From the NCBI RefSeq assembly GCF_963921235.1, contig NC_086107.1, positions 109,122,001 through 109,186,000 on the forward strand: a stretch of 64,000 bases of DNA, read 5' to 3'. Within the stretch, counting starts at the first letter, position 1; each line of letters starts with the position of its first letter. This document shows positions 24,980-36,110 of the stretch, piece by piece. The translations under genes were made by a program, and so were the position numbers. Source of the DNA: Mobula hypostoma (taxonomy: Eukaryota). The notes beneath the pieces are model-generated. The model was not told where the DNA came from. It saw only the letters and a program-made list of their open reading frames with translations, and searched no databases.

Positions 24980-25851
24980 GTAAGAGATAGCAGGATAATG
25001 TTCACACAAAGGGGGAAAAAATCTCCGTTGCCTCCCATTTTTGAAGCCCCCTGTGTGTTCATTTACAGGGTGTGGGCTTCACAGCGAAGACCAGCATTTA
25101 TTACACATCCCTAATTACCCTTAGAAAGGTGGTGGTGGTGAGATCCTTCTCAAACCACTGCAGTCCTTCTGGTGAACTTGCTCCCACAGTATGAAATTGG
25201 GGAGGGAATTCTAGAATTTAGATGCCCAGCCATCAAAGGAACAGGAATGTTTCCAGGACAGAATGGAGGGGATTGTGTAGTCAGTGGTGTCTCCATGCTC
25301 CAGCACCTCTTGCCCTTCCCAGTGGCAGAGGTCACAGGTTTGGAAATAGATGCCTCAGACTTCAGTCATTGGGCGTTGCTACCCTATCAACCACCAAGCG
25401 CTGTTGAGCTTCTCGAGGATTATCGAAGTTGAATGGAGGAAGTGGAGGACCTTCCTGTCTTCCTCTGTTTTCTTTGATTGCATTTCTAAGCACTGTTCCC
25501 TCTAAGCTGCGTGGGTGTGTGGCCGCAGAGTGACTGAAATGCTCCCACACACATAGCCTATATTGCCATGCAGCTGGAATTTTCTGTTATATAATATTAA
25601 TATAACTTTCAAATTATGCTAATATAATTTTGAAATCTATGTTCATATAATTATATGTTAATGAATATAATCCATAAATATCTAAAAATTAAACATACCA
25701 CAGCCTTTACTTTGAAATATTTTAAAAAGTTGATGTATTTACATTGTCGGTGTTTCAAGTTGCCCGTTGGGAGGGGGAGGGTTCCATGGTTTTCTTTGGT
25801 TTGTAGCTGTCTGTGGGAGGCAGAATCTCAGGGTCATATACTGTATATAGC

Positions 25852-26052
25852 CAGCCGGTGGTGTAGTGGCAACCACTCCAGACTTTGAGGCATGTGGTCT
25901 TGAGTTCGAATCTGGCCGGCTCCTTGCACGCTTTCCATCCGTGCTGGGTTGAGCTTCGAGCCAGCAACTTGGCCTCGTAAAAAACAGACAAATGCTAAAG
26001 AAACAGTAAGGTTGCTGCCCGATGCACCACAAGGCACAGAGGGGAACAACAA
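25852..26052 (+). mobile_element. tRNA-derived SINE
   Basis: A box ggtgtagtgg, B box agttcgaatc, (ACA)n tail. Confidence 0.7.
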
Positions 26053-26054
26053 TA

Positions 26055-26460
26055 CTGCATAAATTGCCCACCATTGAGAACATCTGCCATAAACGCTGCC
26101 TGGGCGGGGCGAAAAGCATTATCAGGGATGCATCTCTCCCTAACCATGGACCTTTTACTCTCCTCCCATCCGGTAGGCGCTACAGGAGCCTCCGCTCCCA
26201 CACCAGCAGGCACAGGAAGAGCTTCTTCCCTGAGACTGTGACCCTGCTGAACCTCACATCACAGCGCTAAGCAGTATTGCACCCATATTGTACAGTCTCA
26301 GTACTTTTAATTTGTGTTCTGTAACACTTACTTTTTATTCGCAGTTATTTTGTAAATAGCACTATTCTTTGCATTTCTGGTCAGATGCTAACTGCATTTC
26401 ATTGGCTTTGTATCTGTACTCGGCACAAGGACAATAAAGTTGAATCTAAACTAACCTAAA
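26055..26460 (+). mobile_element. Rex1-like LINE 3-prime end
   Basis: LPTIENICHKRCL...FTLLPSGRRYRSLRSHTSRHRKSFFPETVTLLN; aataaag followed by (tctaa)n tail. Confidence 0.85.
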
Positions 26461-28987
26461 TGAGAGAAAATCTGTAGACGCTGGAAATCAAAGTAACACA
26501 CTCAAAATGCTGGAGGAACTCAGCAGGCTAGGCAGCATCTATGGAAAAGAGTTAAACAGTTGACGTTTCAAGCCAGGACAAATTCTTGGGTAATAATTGT
26601 ACTTTGCAACGCTGAGTCTTTGAATGTTTGAATCTTGAACCTTGTGATACCGTACAGTATCTCTAAATAAAATAAAATAAAAATAGCAGCAGAGACTCAA
26701 ACAATCAAAAGGCCTGTTTCTGTTGTACAACACAGGAACTTCAGTCCACAGTGTCTGCGTCAAGCAGGTTGTCACGTTAAACTATTTAGTTCTGCCCGCA
26801 CGTAAACCATATCCCTCCATTTCCTGTGCATTTACGTGTTTGTCTAAAAGTCTCTTAAACATCAATTTCACATCTGCTTCCACCACTACCTCACCATCCT
26901 GTTCCAGACACCTATTATAGTGTAAAATTCACTCCCCCTTTTAAACCTTACCCCTGTCACCTTTAAACCTTGCCCTCCAGTATTTGATATTTCTACCCTG
27001 GGGAGGAGGTTCCAGCTGCCTGCACTACCTACACCACACATAAAGCTACGCTGTCTGGGCAGTGTGCGTTGCAGACGGTGGTCAGTTTATGGAACGAGCT
27101 GCCAGAGGAGGTGATCGAGGCAGGTAAAATAAAACTGCTTTTACATTTGTACAGGTGCATGGAAAGGGGAGGTTTAGAGTTGTGGGCCAAGCACAAGAAA
27201 ACACCTTGGGGAATCTCGTGGGTTTAATGTTCATCGGAAATCAGATGGCAGAGGGGAAGAGGCTGTTCCTGAATCATTGAGTGTGTGTCTTCAGGCTTCT
27301 GGACCTCCTTCCTGATCATAGCAATGAGAACAGGGCACGTCCTGGGTGATGGGGTCCTCAGTGATGGTTGCTGCCTTTCTGAGGCACCACTTCTTGACGA
27401 TGTCTTGGATACTACGGAGGCTAGTACCCATGATGGAGCTAATTTTGCAACTTTCTGTAGTTTCTTGTGATCTTGTGCCGTACCCCCTTCCCCCGCTTCC
27501 CCCCATACCAGAAGGTGATTCAGCCTGTCAGAAGGTTAGCTTTGTTTGAAACCTGTACCTCCAGACAGAGAGTGAAAAATCAAATCATCAAGGATTGTGC
27601 TGGGCAGTGTGCGAGTGTCACCACACTTCCGACACCAATACAGTTTGGCCGCTACTCACTCACCCTAACTCGTACATCTTCGAAATGTGTGAGGAAACTG
27701 GAGCACCCAGAGGAGACCCAGGTGGCTTACAGATAGCAGCAAGATTAGAATCCCAATCTTACAACTATCACTGTAAAGTGATTACGCTAACCACTACGCT
27801 TGCCACCATAATAGGATAGTGTCATGACAACAACCTTCCCCTCAATATCGACAAAACAAAAGAGCTATTCCTCCAAGAGGACCACATTCCTCCAAGAGGT
27901 TTGGAGGCTTGTGAGCTTCAGTGACCCGGAGAGCGATGATGTCTGCAGTCCGGGCTTTATGCTTTGGCTCTTGCTTAGGTCTCCCATGCCAAACAGGTCA
28001 AAGGGTAGAGGTCAGACTAAGAGTGATTCACCAGTCCTCCAGGTTCATCTGAGGGCTATCAACCCTGACTGGTTAAACGATGTAAAATCCTTCTACATCT
28101 GAGTGTGACGGTATTCCTGAGTCTCCACCCGGGACTTGCATGACTGACAGTAGTGAAAACCGAGAGGAAGCTACTGACACGATGAAGGAAGCCCTGAACA
28201 CCCCCAGAGATGGAGGACCTTCATTGCTGCCCTAAACGATGTAGTGTAATGGACAGTAAGTAAAAGAGCTGGTCGTTGACTTCGGGAAGCAAACTGGGTT
28301 ACACACTCCTGTGTACGTCCATGGTGCTGAGGTTGAAAGGGAGGACAGCTTCACGTTTCTAGGAGTGAACATCACCAATACCGCGACCAGGTAGACGCCA
28401 AGGCCAAGAAAGCTCACCGGCGCCTCTACTTCCCCAGGAGGCTGAAGGAATTTGTCACGTCCCATCGGAGCACACCAGTCTTTCCAGATGCACCACAGAA
28501 AGCTTCCTATCCAGATGTGTTACGGCTTGGTACGGCAGCTGCTCAGCCTGCGACCGCGAGACACTGCAGCAGGTTGTGGACACATCTCAGCGCGTTACAG
28601 AAACCAGACTCCCTCCTCTCCTTGGACTCTGTCTGCAGTTCTTGCCAGCAATGACCACTACCCCCCGCCCCCCCGGATATTCTCTATTCTCCCCTCTCCC
28701 CATCGGGCAGAAGGTACAAAAACTTGAAAACACATGCCATCCGGTCCAAGGACAGCTTCTATCCCACTGTTATAAGAACACTGCTCTCTCAGTTTACCTT
28801 GTCATGCCCTTGCACCTTATTTCCTGCTTCTTCCCTGTCACTTGTAGCACTTTATTTCTGCATTCTGTTATCATTTTCCCTTCTACCTCAATCTTCTGAT
28901 GTGATGAAATAATTTCTATGGATGACATGCAAAATGTGAAAATAATAAACCAATTTACCACCTTGGTCAGTATGGATGAGTTAGGCT

Positions 28988-29595
28988 CAACATTCCCTCT
29001 ATTTTTTTTTTACAGCTGTGCCAACCAACCATTGCTCTGAGCAGAATATTTTTACACAGCCTGAAAACTGTGCGCACTTTAAATGTTTTTTTTCGCTATA
29101 TACACGTCAGACGAACACAAACCACAACTCACAACACAAGTAAACGACATCAGGCAGTCAAAACAACTGACAGGCACAATGACAAAAGTAAAATGTTTTG
29201 ACTAGATGGCGTCGGCGTTCAGTGGGCCAGCGGTTCATTAACAATGAGCTACCGACTTCCAATCTGTGTTTATTGTTACAATTTGTAATTTTGAACACTG
29301 ACAATGTAAATACATTGAAGTTCTAAAATGTTTCAAAGTAAAGGTTGTGGTACGTTTAATATTTAGAAAATGTATGGATTATATTCACAAACACAATTAA
29401 TTACAGGGTATTTCATAATTGTATTAGCATGGATTTAGAAATTATGTTGGCATAATTTCAAAATTATATTAACATAATTTCAAACATTAACATCATATAA
29501 AAGAAACTTCCAGCTGTGCAGCAACAAAGCTATGTGTGCGAGAGCATTTCAGTCACTACATGGCCGTGCACCTGCGCAGCTCAGAGGAAACAGTA
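28988..29595. mobile_element. hAT-type non-autonomous element; inverted partial copy at 25491-25750
   Basis: Degenerate TIR CA.TGTTCCCTCTAA; 8-bp flanks gttaggct/gttgggtt. Confidence 0.7.
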
Positions 29596-30746
29596 GTTGG
29601 GTTGAAGGGCCTGCGTCTGTGCTTGGATATATGTACCAACCTTCTTTTGGTGTTGCTGGGTCAGACTCCAGGTTCTTCCCCCCTCCCCCACATCAACGGC
29701 ACTGTGGGAGCACCTTCAACACACAGACTGCAGTAGACAAAAACCTAGCTCACCATCCCATTCTCAGGGGGTAACGCTGGAAGGTTAATAAATTCTGGTC
29801 TTGCCCGTGATGTCCATGTGCTGGACTCTGATACACCTGTTCCAGAGGTTCTGACAATCCCTGCCACAAATGTACACTGAGGCCCTCCGTTGGTCAGCGT
29901 CCTAGCTCTCTACGTGTCAATACGCAATCCTGGGCAGTACAATACGGAAAGCAAGCTCACGCTCTCTGCGAATCTCATAAACCCAAAGGAATGGCTGAGA
30001 CAAGTATAGTTTGGTACCAGCGGCATTGTAGGAGCTGTCAGTCAGCTTTGAGCTCAATCTTGGGGACTCCAGCTCCCGATTTTCCCTCGGGGTTTACTCC
30101 CGAAGCCTTCCCCATGAGTGGGTATAGCCACAAGACAGCAGAGGTTTGAAATCAGAGTTTTCCCTCTCCTAGATGACACGGCTGACAAGCACCATCTGCC
30201 TGAAGCGACTGGTTTTAAAGCACCAGTAACCCGCCTTTGCCCCTTCTCCTGTCAGTAGAAATGGTTCTGCCAGGCTTAGTAGCTAAACCACAGGTGAAGG
30301 CCTGGAGCTGGATTTGGTTGTCAGAGGCTATTGGAGACGCACGCCTTTGGGAGCATTTAGTAGGTAGTGGGGGCTTATCTCCACTACCCCCTCCCCGAAC
30401 ATTTAACAGGCAGCGGGAGCTTATCCCCACTACCCCAACCTCCCCAGCTATGATAATCTTAAGGAACAAATGTACAACTTCAGAACATTAATGCAGAACG
30501 CCGTTGAAATCATCGTCCAGAGTTTCCTGTCAGGAAGTTCTGTGTCAGCTTGGTTGAACGCTCTTGACAGAAGGTTCAGTTGCACGTTTTGCTGCGGAGA
30601 CTCTAGCTCAGAGGCCCAGTCCGCCGACACAGTGACGCACTGAGGGTCGTTCCGCTTCGTGGGAGTCCCCACACTGCCAATGGTACTGCCTTTCTGCTGA
30701 GCCATTGAACTGAGCTGCCATATTCGCCCCGCTCTAGAGATTACCA

Positions 30747-30937
30747 CGCAAACACGAGGAAATCTGCAGACGCTGGAAATTCAAGCAACGCACACAAAAT
30801 GCTGGTGGAACGCAGCAGGCCAGGCAGCATCTACAGGAAGAAGTCCTGACGAAGGGTCTCGGCCCGAAACGTTGACTGCACTTCTTCCTGTAGACGCTGC
30901 CCGGCCTGCTGCGTTCCACCAGCATTTTGTGTGTGAT
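30747..30937. mobile_element. Penelope pseudo-LTR-derived fold-back mini-element
   Basis: About 55-bp inverted arms around a hammerhead motif; flanking duplication tctagagatta(c/t)ca. Confidence 0.8.
30842..30877 (+). ncRNA. Minimal type I hammerhead ribozyme motif (Penelope-associated)
   Basis: AGUC-CUGACGA-A-GGGU(CUCG)GCCC-GAAA-CG-UU-GACU: stem I AGUC/GACU, intact core, stem II, palindromic ACGU stem III. Confidence 0.7.
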
Positions 30938-31439
30938 TCTAGAGATTATCAGCTCATTATCACGTCATCTGCAGGAGATCTCCAAGCAAAGGACGGCTAA
31001 AGCCAAATTAATGAGTAGATTTAACACTGAGGTTGACAGGTCCTTGATTAGTAAGGGCAACAAAGATTAGAGGGAGAAATTAGGAGAATGGGATTGAGAG
31101 GGATAGTAGATCAGCCATGAATGAATGGTGGAACAGATCCAATGGGCCAAATGACCTAATTCTCCTCCCATGTCTTATGGCTGCCAGGCTGGAACTGGAT
31201 TTGGTTCATTATTGGTTTATTCTGCACGAGATGGATTGATGGATCTGGTGATATTGATCCAGAGGTTCTTCAGAAGTCAAGAATGAAGCATAGAACTTGT
31301 TGGTCACAGCCGTTTGATTAAAGTGTTCTGATAGCAAAGAACCAACAAGGAAGACGAAGAAAAAGAAGTTGTGGTCATCTCATCTTCAGACTAGAGATTA
31401 ACAACATTCCAGTAATAACAATTAACCTATGAAACAGCC

Positions 31440-31912
31440 AAAACCATAACATATAGGAGCAGAATTAGGCCATTTGGCCCATCGAGTCTACTCCACCTCT
31501 TCATCATGGCTGATCTATTTTACCCCTCAGATCCAATCTCCTGCCTTCTCCCCGTATCCCTTCATGCCTTGTCCAATCAAGAATCTATCAACCTCTGCCT
31601 TAAATATTCGTAAAGACTTGGCCTCCATAGCTGCCTGTGGCAAAGAATTCATCAGATTCACCACTCTCTGGCCAATTAAATTCTTCTTCTTCTAAAAAGA
31701 CATCTCTCTATTCTGAGGCTGTGTCCTCTGGTCCTCGACTCTCCCACCATAGGAAACACGCTTTCCACATCTACATTGTCAGGGCCTTTCACCATTCGAT
31801 AGGTCACCCCTCATTTTTCTGTATTCTAGTGATTACAGGCCCACAGCCATCAAATGCCCTTCATGTGACAAGCCGTTCAATCCTGGAATCATTTTCGTGA
31901 ACCTCCTTTGAA
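31440..31912 (-). mobile_element. CR1 3-prime fragment; relatives at 19830-20170, 36150-36580, 50095-50530, 51950-52635, 54600-54950, 56485-56680, 58950-59500, 61003-61345
   Basis: CR1 3-prime UTR (ggagcagaattaggccatt.ggcccatcgagtct) plus degenerate RVVNLWNSLP coding. Confidence 0.8.
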
Positions 31913-31994
31913 CAAAAGAAAAGAGTGTGGCACCTGCTGCAGAAAAACTGAGAAGCTTCTAGAAAATACAGAATCAGCTATGCTACAATTATGT

Positions 31995-32295
31995 TGGCGC
32001 CAAGTGGTTAAGGTGTTGGTCTAGTGATCCGAAGGTCGCTAGTTCGAGCCTCAGCTGAGACAGCGTGTTGTATCCTTGAGCAAGGCACTTAACCACACAT
32101 TGCTCTGTGACGACACCGGTGCCAAGCTGTATTGGCCCTAGTGCCCTTCCCTTGGACAACATCGGTGGCGTGGAGAGGGGAGACTTGCAGCATGGGCAAC
32201 TGCTGGTCTTCCATACAACCTTGCCCAGGCCTGTGCCCTGGAAACCTTCCAAGGCGCAAATCCATGGTCTCACGAGACTAACGGATGCCTATATC
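31995..32295 (+). mobile_element. tRNA-derived SINE with CORE-like domain
   Basis: A box ccaagtggttaagg, B box agttcgagcc, tccttgagcaaggcacttaacc CORE-like block. Confidence 0.7.
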
Positions 32296-32802
32296 TATAC
32301 TACAATTACTGGAAAATTTACTGAACAATTACACATACAGTATATATTAAAACATTTACGCAAATATTGGAGAATTAAAACTACAAGTAAAATACTAGAA
32401 AATAATACACCCTAATCCAGCATAGTCTGGTACACTGTTCATATAGATCAAAACATTGCACAGTGTAGTGAGGTAGAACAAGGTAAAACAATAACAGAAT
32501 GAAGAGGTCAAGAGTCCAACTTATCATACAAAGGACCATCAAGAGTCTGATAACAGTGGGATAGAAGCTACCCTGGAGCCTGGTGGTACGTGCTTTCAGG
32601 CTTTTGTACCTTCTGCCCAGTGGGAGAGGGGAGAAGGGGGAATGTCTGGGGTCAGTGGAATCTTTGGTTCTCCTGTCTACTAAAGCAGCAAGAAGGTTAG
32701 ACCAGTTACCAAGGCATTCTGGTGACGGTGATTCTGGAATCCCAGCCCAGTAGATGTGCCTCAGGTGTTGATGGAGGGTTCTGGACCGAAGGTTGAAGGT
32801 AG

Positions 32803-33295
32803 TAACCATAACCATAACCATATAACCATATACTTACAGCATGGAAACAGGCCATCTCGGCCCTTCTAGTCTGTGCTGAACTCTTACTCTCACCTAGTCC
32901 CACCGACCCGCACTCGGTCCATAACCCTCCAATTCTTTCCTGTCCATATATCTATCCAATTTAACTTTAAACGACAACATCGAACCTGCCTCAACCACTT
33001 CTGCTGGAGGCTCGTTCCACACAGCTACCACTCTCTGAGTAAAGAAGTTCCCCCTTATGTTACCCCTAAACTTTTGCCCTTTAACTCTCAACTCATGTCC
33101 TCTTGTTTGAATCTCCCCCACTCTCAATGGAAAAAGCCTATCCACGTCAACTCTATCTATCCCCCTCATAATTTTAAATACCTCTATCAAGTCCCCCCTC
33201 AACTTTCTACGCTCCAAAGAATAAAGACCTAACTTGTTCAACCTTTCTCTGTAACTTAGGAGATGAAACCCAGGCAACAGTTTAGTAAACCTCCT
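32803..33295 (-). mobile_element. Young CR1 3-prime end with (TATGGT)n tail; 80-bp sister at 46062-46143
   Basis: Open 127-aa remnant LSYRERLNKLGLYSLERRKLRGDLIEVFKIM...FFTQRVVAVWN. Confidence 0.92.
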
Positions 33296-33468
33296 AAAAT
33301 GTTGGATTTGATTCTCAAGACAATCTTGGGTTCCTGTCCTCTTCCTGTCTTCTTAATGAGGTCTGTGCCTGCAGCTCCCTAACCCACCAGAGAAAATTTT
33401 GAAAGGATCCATGAGTCCGTCTTGTCCTTTGCCCTGTCCTGGTAACGAACGGCTTCTTTTCCTTTCAG

Positions 33469-33560
33469 CACATGGCCAGTCAAGGAAATGAAGCAGCCAA
33501 GAACAAGTATGAAGCATTTGTTCCTGCCTACTATTACATCCCGACGTACAAGGACTGCCA
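33469..33560 (+). CDS. ADAP1: ADAP1-like coding exon (equivalent to exon 3), ArfGAP C-terminal part
   Basis: cttttcctttcag|CAC ATG...TGC CA|gtaagt; 92 bp; HMASQGNEAAKNKYEAFVPAYYYIPTYKDC(Q); phase 0 start matches previous exon. Confidence 0.95.
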
Positions 33561-34810
33561 GTAAGTACAGAGCTCCACCCCGGGCTGCCTCTGTGTGCAT
33601 CCTGATTGGATTGGGGACTAATTGGAGGTGTAGAGAAAGACTCAGTGATATGTCAGAGTCGTACGTAGATAAGGAGAGTCAAGTCAATTTTATTGGCACC
33701 GTGGTATCGTAGCGGCTAGCTCGGTATTGTTACAGATCTGTGCATCAGAGTTCAGAGTTCAATTCCAATGTCATCTGTAAGGAACGTTCTCCTCATGAAA
33801 TGCGTGGGGCTTTTCCAGGTAGTCTAGTTTCTTCCCACAGTCTGAATCCTTACTGGCTGGTAGGTGAATTGGTCATTGTAAATTGTCCTATGATTAGAAA
33901 CATAGAAAATACGTGCAGGAGTAGGCCATTCGGCCCTTCGAGCCTGCACCGCCATTTATTATGATCATGGCTGATCCTCCAACTCAGAACCCCGCCCCAG
34001 CCTTCCCTCCATACCCCCTGACCCCCGTAGCCACAAGGGCCATATCTAACTCCCTCTTAAATATAGCCAATGAACTGGCCTCAACTGTTTCCTGTGGCAG
34101 AGAATTCCACAGATTCACCACTCTCTGTGTGAAGAAGCTTTTCCCTAATCTCGGTCCTAAAAGGCTTCCCCTCTATCCTCAAACTGTGGCCCCTAGGCTG
34201 GGGTTAAATCTGGGGTTGCTGGATGGTGGGGCTCAAAGGGCCGGAAAGGCTTATTCTGCGCTGTATTTCAATAAATACATGTTGTGACATACACAACTGG
34301 GGTAGGGAAAGACTTGGAGACGTGTCTGAGTTGTTGGTTCATCAACAGAGTCAAGCTGATTTCATTGTGACATTCACACGTTCAGTGTGGTTCAGTACAA
34401 TGAAAATCTTGTGCGTGCAGACAACACAATATAAATTGTACCTAAAACCATCCCATACAAAGACTGCTGAAGAGCAACACACTCAAAGTACTGGAGGAAC
34501 TCAGCAGGTCAGACGGCATCCGTGGGGGGGGGGGGGGGGAAATGAAGAGGCGGCGTTTTGGGCCGAGATCCCCCAACAGGACTCAGAAGTAAAACCGAGA
34601 CCCTGGTACAAAAGAAAATGAAGGCACAATTGAAGATGTGTCGATTATAGTGCAAGAGGTGGTCTGTGTGTTCCATTGCTGACATCGAGGTCACTTTCTC
34701 TTCTTGTGCCCCTTTCATTTGTCTTCACTGAGATCCCCACACTGGGCAACCTGGAGAACTCAGATGGTCACCATATTCCCGATGGGATGGGTTGACAGGG
34801 TGAGGGGCAA

Positions 34811-35080
34811 CAATGATTGGTAAATTTGTGGTGGGCGGAGATCAAGGGCAATGATTGGAGAATTCATGCTGCGCGGAGATCGAGAACAGTGATTGGTGAA
34901 TTTATGGGGGGGGCAGAGATCAAGAGCAGTGATTGGAGAATTTATGGGGGGCGGAGATCAAGGGCAATGATTGGAGAATTCATGCTGCGCGGAGATCGAG
35001 AACAGTGATTGGTGAATTTATGGTGGGGGCAGTGATCAAGAGCAGTGATTGGAGAATTTATGGGGGGTGGAGATTAAGAG
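34811..35080. repeat. About 38-bp minisatellite, 7 units with a 3-unit higher-order duplication
   Basis: Unit gca.tGATTGG.gaatttatgggggGCGGAGatcaaga. Confidence 0.92.
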
Positions 35081-35233
35081 AAAACTGAAGATGTGGTTAA
35101 GATTTGAGATTGGACTTGTGTGAGGAGAGGGTAAGAAAGGATAAATATCTGTATGTAGCAGAGGCAGTGGGAATGGGGGCACAGCTGAGCTCTGGAATCA
35201 AGGGAGAGAATTATTGATCCTTGGCTGTTTCAG

Positions 35234-35316
35234 GGTGCTGAGGGAACAATGGATACGAGCAAAGTACGAACGCAAGGACTTCAGCGAAGAGAACAAGAAA
35301 CTGGCTTACGCCACTG
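35234..35316 (+). CDS. ADAP1: ADAP1-like coding exon (equivalent to exon 4)
   Basis: gtttcag|G GTG CTG...ACT G|gtacgt; 83 bp; VLREQWIRAKYERKDFSEENKKLAYAT(G), containing the ArfGAP REQWIRAKYE motif; phase 2 start matches. Confidence 0.95.
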
Positions 35317-35904
35317 GTACGTAGATTAATTTGTCTCGTCCCTCTTTACTTACTCTGGAAAAAGCAAAATCTGGCAGATATGGGGCGGCTGAATTTAAAA
35401 AAACACTACATGTTGGTAAGTCCCAGCAGATTAGGCAGCTTCTGTAGGGAATGTAACAGAGTTAACTTATCAGGTCTTTAATCTTCCACCTCAGAACTGG
35501 GAAAGTTGGTGATAAAATGAGTTTTAAGATGCTAAGAAGAGCTGAAGAAGAGAAGGAATGGATAGAGTGGGAGAGCAGGAGACCATGAATGATAAAAAAA
35601 AAAGCGATGGACCATCTGAAAGAGGCTGGTAATAGAAACAATCAAGAAACAAAAGATTAAAATCTTAAAAGCAGAAGCATTGTTTGAAATTGCAAAAATG
35701 CTGCAGATGCCGGAAAGCTGCAACAAATACTTTATTATGTGAAACGGTTAAACTCATTGTTGAGGTTGGAAAGCTGTAGTCGACCCAGCCAGAAGATGAG
35801 GTGCTGTTGCTTCAGTTCATGAAGGGCTTCATTCAGTCATGTAGGGAAATGAGAACGGCGCGATCGGAGCTCGATCTCTATCAAGTCCTCCTGGGCTTTG
35901 GAAC

Positions 35905-36110
35905 ATCCACAAAATGCTGGAGGAACTCAGCAGGCCAGGGAGCGACTATGGAAAAGAGTAAACAGTCGACGTTTTGGGCTGAGACTCTTCATACGGTCCT
36001 GATGAAGGGTCTTGGCCCAAAACGTCGACTGTTTACTCTTTTCCATAGATGCTGCCTGGCCTGCTGAGTTCCTGTTGCTTTAGATTTCCAGCATCTGCAG
36101 ATCTTCTCTT
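35905..36110. mobile_element. Penelope pseudo-LTR-derived fold-back element
   Basis: Head-to-head arms centred near 35993, with degenerate hammerhead motifs on both strands. Confidence 0.75.

Noticed and set aside
25852..25925. tRNA gene (also 31995-32065 and V-SINE heads)
   Set aside because: A/B boxes are followed by SINE bodies and tails; no complete cloverleaf
34811..35080. CRISPR-like array (also 22236-22460)
   Set aside because: Units are contiguous tandem repeats with no unique spacers, there are no cas genes, and the context is a vertebrate intron
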